Positions 56,217 through 64,000 of a stretch of 64,000 bases of DNA are shown here, one piece after another (within the stretch, counting starts at the first letter, position 1; each line of letters begins with the position of its first letter). Source of the stretch: the human T2T-CHM13v2.0 reference genome, Homo sapiens; the NCBI RefSeq assembly GCF_009914755.1, contig NC_060926.1. One strand, given 5' to 3'. A model generated the notes under the pieces. The model saw nothing but the letters and a program-made list of their open reading frames with translations, had not been told where the DNA came from and did not search any database. The translations under genes were made by a program, and so were the position numbers.

Positions 56217-58544
56217 GATAAAGGTGTTCCTGAGGCTCTTCTAGATTGCCACCATCAAAGGTGTCCCTGATGATGGGCATAGCAGTGAAAAAGAGCTCTT
56301 CACACACAAAAGCAGTGGCTGCCCTGGGTGCCCCAATTGCTTGAAGTCTTGTTCCCAGAGTGAATTACTCAACAGGGAGAAAAGACACTACTACTACTGC
56401 CAGCAATTACCAGGAAGAATGTTGGAATTTTTTTTACATTATACTTCCATGAAAAAAATAATAATAATAATTTTTCACTAGGAAATGGTACTGGACTCCA
56501 CCCTGACACCAAATTACAAAGGAACTCTAGATATTTAATAATTGGAAATATCAAAACTCTAAACTGGTATCTGACTCTCACACTTTCAGCTGGGAGGCAG
56601 GAACATAGTAAAAGTTGCTTCATTTTGTATGTCCATCATCCAGAAAAGTTATAAATAGGATTGTGAACATGGTGGGTTAGAATATCTGCTATTTCACCAA
56701 AAAGTTAAATGAACTTAGACCACGTGGACAATTTTCAGATAATCATCCTAAGATAGAGAATGAGGGACTATCATAAAAGAATTATTGCTCAGGGATACTT
56801 CTTCAAAGTCCTTATTCCTTTCTTGAGAATATAAGAGAAAACCCACAAAATAGAATATGCATGAACTAGAAATATCCAAACCTACTAATAAAGGCAAGCC
56901 ATGTCAGCATAGTCTGTGACTGGCAAAGTCTAGATTGTTTATTGAAAACCAAGCAGTTTTCAATATTAACGTACCAGTAAATACTATAAGATATTGTCAG
57001 AGAAAACTAAGAAAGACTTCTATTTGGCCTCATAGGACAATTTTCCATTCAAAATGACACTACCAAGTAACTTTAAGTACACCTTAAAGTACATCTTCCA
57101 TTCACGAATGTATGTCTTACATACATTTAATTTTAGTTTCAGAAATAATGAGAGCTTCCCAAAGGTGAATATCTTGATGCTTGAGGTCCTCCATCATATT
57201 CTTAAGCTCCTGAAAAAGAAGAGGATGCTCAATCTCTTCAAACCTGCTCAGCCTTATTGGTCCTTGTTGCCTGGAGACATCAAAGTTAACCATGGAGCTA
57301 AATACCTTGAATTTTGACTTTCTATTTTAGAAAGTAGAACATCAGTGAGTGAGCTGTATTTTAATTATTTTATTTAGATGTATACTTAGGGCTTCCATAA
57401 ATATGTTTCTGGGGCCTATAAGAGGAACATTTTGTATTCTGCTACTTCCCACCAAGGTAGAACTTGGTGAAACACTCTGAGTTTCAGCATTCCTGTTGGG
57501 TCCTCAGCAGGGATTTGAATAGCACTCTACTGAATTTGCCACAGACATACCTTTAACAGCACCCAAAATAGAATTGCAGAATTTAATCTCAGTTTTTGAT
57601 GTTTGACTGAGAGCCTAAACTGAACACTGATGTGTGTTCTAGCATGAGCTGTGAAGGGTAGGATAGTGGGGTTCCTCCTCAATGTGCCATGAAGCTAAGA
57701 AAATAAAACTCTATTTCTCTTGTTTGTCTTTGTCTCTAAATGTGTCCAATGCTGAATGGAAAGAGACACATAATGAAATGAGGGCACAGTGTCCAGAATA
57801 CTAAAAAGGCATTTGTTAGCTTCATAAACTGGACACATTCATAAAGCCTAAAAGAGCACATAAGTAAGAAGCTATTCCCTACAAAGTGATAGAAAAAGTC
57901 AGAGTCCCTGCTAAACAATTTACAACAACTTTTACCAGTCAGGAAACTAGTGAGAGGAATAAGCAAAAGGTATTTAGCTTTATATATGGGTCGATAATTT
58001 AAACATCAGTAAGGCCAAAACCCATTATTCTAAATTCAACAGGTCAGTGATACTTGGTTGTTCAGTGACACTGATTGAAAAGAAGATGTCTCTGATTAAA
58101 TTACCCAACCATCTCTCCACTAATACTGGAGATAACCCCCAACCCAAAGCAAGCCACCTCCCATTAAGGAGCTAACCTGTTGTTCAAATGCAATTATGGT
58201 TGAACCTGAAGTATTTAAAGTGTCTTCTCATCCTAGAAGGAAAATAATAATAGAAAGAAAGAATGTGATATTTCCATTTTGCTGAGGTGTCTTGTTCAGC
58301 AATTTAGGAAAAAATATTCTTTTCTCCTCTTTCTCCTCCTTCTCCTCCTCCCTCTCTTTCTTCTCCATTTTCGTCTTCTGTTGCTACTTCATTTTCACTT
58401 TGACAAATTGTCAGAGCTGGCAATAGCAGCCCTACAACCTTTCTAGAGGGTTGGAGGGGGAGGATCTGCTGAAACTTTCTACTTTTGGAAAATAAAAGTG
58501 AGTATTCATGACAGTTGTGAACTTACATCCCTCCACACACATGT

Positions 58545-58571
<27 letters not shown>
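58545..58571 (+). repeat. (AC)13 microsatellite within a longer imperfect purine-pyrimidine tract
   Basis: Read directly from the sequence. Confidence 0.9.
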
Positions 58572-58577
<6 letters not shown>

Positions 58578-59499
58578 CACACACGCACCCTGAGCTTTCG
58601 GAATCTCTCTACTGGACAACCAGTGCTGGTGGCTGATTCCCAAGGAAGTCTTTGCAGCTCCCGTCACTCCAATGACTTTATAAGTGATCATGGTAACGGG
58701 CAGCAATAGACCCACAGCATGATTCTCCCCCTCCTCCCTCCCTGATGCCCTGTGTTCAGTAACAAAATCTCCACCCACCTAAAACAGGATGAAATTAGAC
58801 AAATATTGCAAACTAATGTCATTTCCTTCTCAATATAGAAGACTTACAAATGTCAGAGAATGCATTTGGTTCCAGGGAAGGCCAAGAAAGAAGGAGAAAC
58901 AAAACAGGCAACAAAGACGGAAGTTTTAAATATGAATCTCTGTTTCGAAAGGCTCTCTGTTTCTGAACTTGAAAAAGGCCATTTAACCTCGCCGCTTGCA
59001 TTTTACCACCCAGATTGGAGGAACTAATTCAAAACAGAGCTAATCTGAGAACTCCACTGAGGTTAGTATTTCTAAAATGCTTCACACTGTATGAAAAGGA
59101 GATCTAGGTGCCAAATGCTATTACTGTCCACTCCTGCTATGTTGTAAATTGACCTCTAACCTTTGATACAATGGAGTGTGAAACCAGCTTTAAGATCTAT
59201 GTAATGCCAAACGGGCTGCAAGAGAAAATTTAAAATAGTAAGCCTGGCTGAGTTAAGCTCTAGCATACCACAATTTCACAGTTGAACCAAAAGCAGTACA
59301 AATTCAAATTGTAGGGTACAGAGAGCCTAAACTTTGAAGTCAAGCCCCTGGAAAGTGGAAAGTGGAATTGGAAAAGAGAGCTTGTTTACAATCTGCAAGT
59401 TAACCCTTAGATAGGGCACAATCAGGCAACAGAACTCCAGCTATTACTCTATGCATGTCTCCCAAGTTATTGAGTCCAACTAACCATAATCATATGAAT

Positions 59500-59710
59500 G
59501 ATGACAATTATGGCAGCTTTTAATAATCTCTGCTATGTAGCCGTCAGTGTGCTGTGTTTGACATGTGTTATCTCACATACACCTCAAAACTACACAATGA
59601 GACAGAGTCCATTGCAACTCTTGTTTCACACAGAAGGTAAATAGAGGCTAACTACATTGTTTGGGGGTCACTCAGAGAGTAATCAGGGAAGCCATGGTCT
59701 ATACTCATCC
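59500..59710 (-). mobile_element. MIR SINE
   Basis: 'tgttatctcacatacacctcaaaactacacaatgag', 'ttcacacagaaggtaaatagaggct'. Confidence 0.6.
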
Positions 59711-59984
59711 CATCAGACCCCATGATGCACAAACCAACCATTACAAAGGGCAAAAATGTCTGGTTGGCAACCAGGAGACAACCAGTAAGATATTGTAGAT
59801 ACAGTACTTTCCTCACTCATCTGACTGAGACAATCACCTTTCAACATTCCATGACTGTTTGGAGCTGGAGCTAATGTTTTTATTGGAATGTGCATGTTGC
59901 GAATGATTCTCTAGCCCTCCTTGTGTCTTCTCTGTAAGATTCTCATTGAAATCCATCATACCTTCAGCCAGGTCCCTTTCATGT

Positions 59985-60345
59985 GGTATTAGTCGGTTTT
60001 CATGCTGCTGATAAAGACATACGTGAGACTGGATGATTTATAAAGAAAAAGAGGCTTAATGGACTCACAGTTCCATATGGCTGCAGAGGTCACATAATCA
60101 TGGCGGAAGGTGAAAGGCACTTCTTACATGGCAGCAGGCAGGACACAATGAGAGCCAATTGAAAGGGATTTCCCCTTTTAAAACCATCAGAATTCATGAG
60201 ACTTATTCACTAACATGAGAACAGTATGGGGGAAACTGCCCCATGATTCAATTATCTCCCACTGGGTCCCTCCCACAACATGTGGGAATTATGAGAGCTA
60301 CAATTCAAGATGAGATTTGTGTGGGGACACAGCCAAACCATATGA
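59985..60345 (-). mobile_element. THE1B-like solo LTR
   Basis: 'gtattagtcggttttcatgctgctgataaagacatac...ggggacacagccaaaccatatga'; TSD catgt/catgc. Confidence 0.95.
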
Positions 60346-60911
60346 CATGCTGTTAATGGTTTTTCTATGGAGTTATATTACACTGGAGTCCCCCAGGCTA
60401 TAGGCCCACTGTCCTCTCTCATCCTTGTTCTTGTCTTATAGGTAAAGAAGAAGGAGGATATTTTTTTCCCCTGATGAGGATGACTGGTTTCAGAGTAACT
60501 CTGTCCAGTGAATATCTAGCAGGTCTAGCTGAGCAGGTGCAGTCTTCCTCCTTCTGCTGTGGAAGACACAGTCCCCATGATTCCCACAGTGGCACCCAAC
60601 TGTCCCAAATACTGTTGATGGTTGAGAAAAAGACCCCAAGGAAACCCAGTACTCTACTTTAGGTTTTTTTTTTTTTTTTTAGCTTTCGGATACTTTCCTC
60701 TTCCTCTCTAAATGTCGTAAGTGTTCACTTATGACAGTCTTCTGCAAATCCTGTAGATCAAATACTTTGGTCCTAATCTGATTCTGCAGAGAGCCCTCAC
60801 GCAGACCTACTCTGGAAAAAGATGCTCAGGCTTGGAGTGAGGCTCCTGAGCACTTACCCAAGCAATACCATTTCACCTCTGCTGAGATCAGCTAACCTTT
60901 GCTAATTCAGT

Positions 60912-61346
60912 TATATTATTTCATTCTCACATTGCTGTGAAGAAATATCTGAGACTGGGTAATTTATAAGGAAAAGAGGTTTAATTGGCTCACAGTTCTG
61001 CACGCTGTACAGGAAGCATGATGCTGGCATCTTCTCAGCTTCTGGGGAGGCCTCAGAAAACTTACAATTATGATAGAAAGTAAAGGGAGAGCATACCTGT
61101 CACATGGCCAGAGCAGGAGCAAGAGAGAGAGATAAAGGAAGGTGCTACACACTTATAAACCAACTACATCTCATGAGAACCCACTCACTGTCTATCATGA
61201 GGACTGTACCAGGGAAGATGGTGATAAATCATTCATGAAAAATCCATTCCCATGATCCTATCACCTCCCACCAGGCCCCACCTCCAACACTGAGGATTAC
61301 AATTCAACATCAGATTTGAGTGAGGATACAGATCCAAACCATATCA
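60912..61346 (-). mobile_element. MSTA/B MaLR solo LTR
   Basis: 'cattctcacattgctgtgaagaaatatctgagactggg...gatacagatccaaaccatatca'. Confidence 0.92.
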
Positions 61347-61402
61347 CCAATTCAAGAACATAACTTCCATCCTTAGTTAGCTGAATCTGAGATAGGGGAG
61401 GG

Positions 61403-61968
61403 TGTAGTAAGCAAAATAATGGCCTCCCAAGATGTCTACGGCCTAATTTCCAGGGCTTGTGAATATGTTATGTTATATGGCAAGGTAGAATTAAGGTTAC
61501 AGATGGAATTAAGTTTGCTAATCAGCTGATGCTGAGATAGAGAGATTTTTCTGGATGATCTGGGTAGACCCAATGCAATCACAAGGGTCTTTTAAAAGTA
61601 GAAGAAAGAGGCAGAAAAGGAGCCAAAGTCAGAGAAAGCAATGCCATAATGGAAGCAAAGATTGGAATGATACAATGTGAGAAGAATTCAACCCATTGCT
61701 GACTTTGAAAATGGAAGACAGGCGTGGAGCAAAGAATGCTGCAGCCTCTAGGAGCTGGAGAAAGCCAGGAAACAAATTCTCTACAACCTCCAGAAAGGAA
61801 CACATTGGCATATATAGAGCCAATGTGTTCCTTGCCAACACCTTGGTTTTAGTCCAGTGAGACCCATTATGGACTTCTAGCCTGAAGAATTATAGGATAA
61901 TAAAGTTATGTTGTTTTAAGCCACTAAATATGTGCTAATTTATTAAGCTTCTATAGAAAACTAATACA
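61403..61968 (+). mobile_element. MLT1C/D MaLR solo LTR
   Basis: 'tgtagtaagcaaaataatggcctcccaagatgtc...tgttgttttaagccactaa...atagaaaactaataca'. Confidence 0.9.
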
Positions 61969-62143
61969 AGGAGTTTCCAACAAGTTCTGAGCCATCGACC
62001 ACACATGCATATGCAGGACAAGGGAGGTCTGCTGTGCAGAGGGAGTTTATTATATTGAAGAGAAGGATTGCAATTGCTGTCTTCACACATTTGTAAGGTG
62101 ACTAGGCCAGGGCTGTCCCTTTGGGTATAAAAAGTGAGTGGCA

Positions 62144-62442
<299 letters not shown>

Positions 62443-64000
62443 GAGGGGAGTTTGTAGGGGAGTGTCTATGGGACACAAAAATGAAGAGTTTAGGTTGAGA
62501 AGTCAGACAAAAACTAGTTAGCAAGCACTGGCCATGTATAATTATCAAGAAAAGATGATCTATGCTCTCTATTCTGGGGTGTGGGTTATTTGAGGAATGC
62601 AACTTTTCTCCCTCTTCATTCTTGTTTTCTACCTCTCAGACATAAGAAGAGGGAAAATCGACCTTCCTCACCTAAACTCAGGCTCACATCTCTAAAGATG
62701 TCAAGACCCAGAGAGTTCTAGATGGAAGAAGACATTGTTACTATTCCTTAAATTCACTCATTGTTTAGTCAAAGGGTCAAGTAACCCAAACCTTCCAAAA
62801 CAGAGAAAATTCATAATTCCCAACTCATACAGAAACTTGCTTATTAAATGCTGCTTTTAATATTAAAGAGTCTTACTTCTCAAGCCATGTATAAAGAACA
62901 CAGGTGACCAAATACATCATGATTTCCTTTTCCAGTTGTTGCTGCTGAAGGGAAAAAGGAAGTGGGAATGATCAATCCAAATCAGCTATGATGAAAACCG
63001 ATTCTCTCTGTATGTTTTCTACCTATTAGAAAACAATATATTTGAAAGACATTTTTCCTAAGTGGACATTAATCAATCCTACCCAGTAAAAATTCACTTT
63101 GCATTATATTACTCAACTTTTTTCCTCTAAAGAAATACAGAACAAAGTGGGTAGAAATATATTTCAGGAAGAGCTAGGAAAATTGTCGAAGAATATTCAT
63201 AGAAAAGGAGGACCATGGTGCCACGCAAGCTACTTAAGGCCCTTTTGTATCCCACGGGCATCTGGGGAAGCCACATATGTGTGTTGCAATGTAATTGCAT
63301 CATTTCTCCGAATCTGAGGGGAGGGTTTTGCTCTATATAAATTGTGGTCACAGAAGCTAAGTTCACTTCTGCTGTATTTGTGGCCAGGAGAAGAATTGCA
63401 CACAATTATACATCTTTGATGGTCGTGCATGGAAGCGAATCCTAAAAATAAAACCAACTATTCTATCAAGTTCTCCCAGCACACATCTATCAAATTTATG
63501 AGACCTCAAGAGTGTGAATTTGGAAACTAAAGAATTGTGCTTCCCCTAAAATGATTCCCAAAGGTGTATGGGTCAACAGAGAATGGAATCCTTCACAGTG
63601 GGACAGGGAGCCAGCAGACAGTATCTGGGTATGACATCGTCGATGAAAGACTGTTTCAATCACCTAATACATCTGCAAAAACTGTTTTGGCACCCAGTTA
63701 TTGAGTCCACAAAGGTTTAATTTAACAGTGCAAATACACAACTTCCTATGTGTATCTGTGTATGTTTTTAATGACCTACATACAGGCTACTATTTTATAG
63801 TGGCTTCCAGCAGAGAGAGGGAAAAACAAGATTCAACTATAGAAGCTGTCTATATTTAATATTTCTGTTAGTTTTCTGTCTGCCAGTCTGGCAGATTGGC
63901 CCAATTGGAAAAACAACATCTATGATTGCTGAAACAGTTCCTGGCTACATTTGGCACCCTTAATCACTGAATGACACAGAAATCCCTGTCTGAAAATCTA

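Noticed and set aside
63335-63342. TATA-like TATATAAA, with another TATA-like site near 62125
   Set aside because: Common in AT-rich DNA, with no other core-promoter evidence.

Overview
Primate (most likely human) non-coding genomic DNA: AT-rich, CpG-poor and either intergenic or deep intronic. I could not identify the locus. No protein-coding exon, RNA gene or CpG island can be supported; the ORF track is mostly chance ORFs and Alu/L1/LTR/microsatellite read-throughs. Much of the window is interspersed repeat: 13 Alus, old L1M, L1PA, L2 and MIR pieces, MaLR and ERV-L solo LTRs (THE1, MST, MLT1, MLT2), DNA-transposon relics (MER3, MER5, MER44, MER53, MER91, Charlie) and several microsatellites. 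The most notable structure is at 43.1-46.0 kb. There a decayed ERV-L provirus still shows recognisable RT-connection, RNase H, integrase and dUTPase motifs. It carries a ~94-bp mitochondrial 16S rRNA (humanin-region) NUMT with an Alu inserted 5 bp away. Three LTRs also contain locally templated insertions or fold-backs (14.7, 34.5 and 39.0 kb). I found no evidence for a novel functional biological system. The findings are mostly molecular fossils plus weak regulatory or lncRNA-exon candidates. Repeat subfamily names come from recalled consensus sequences, and old-repeat boundaries are approximate.
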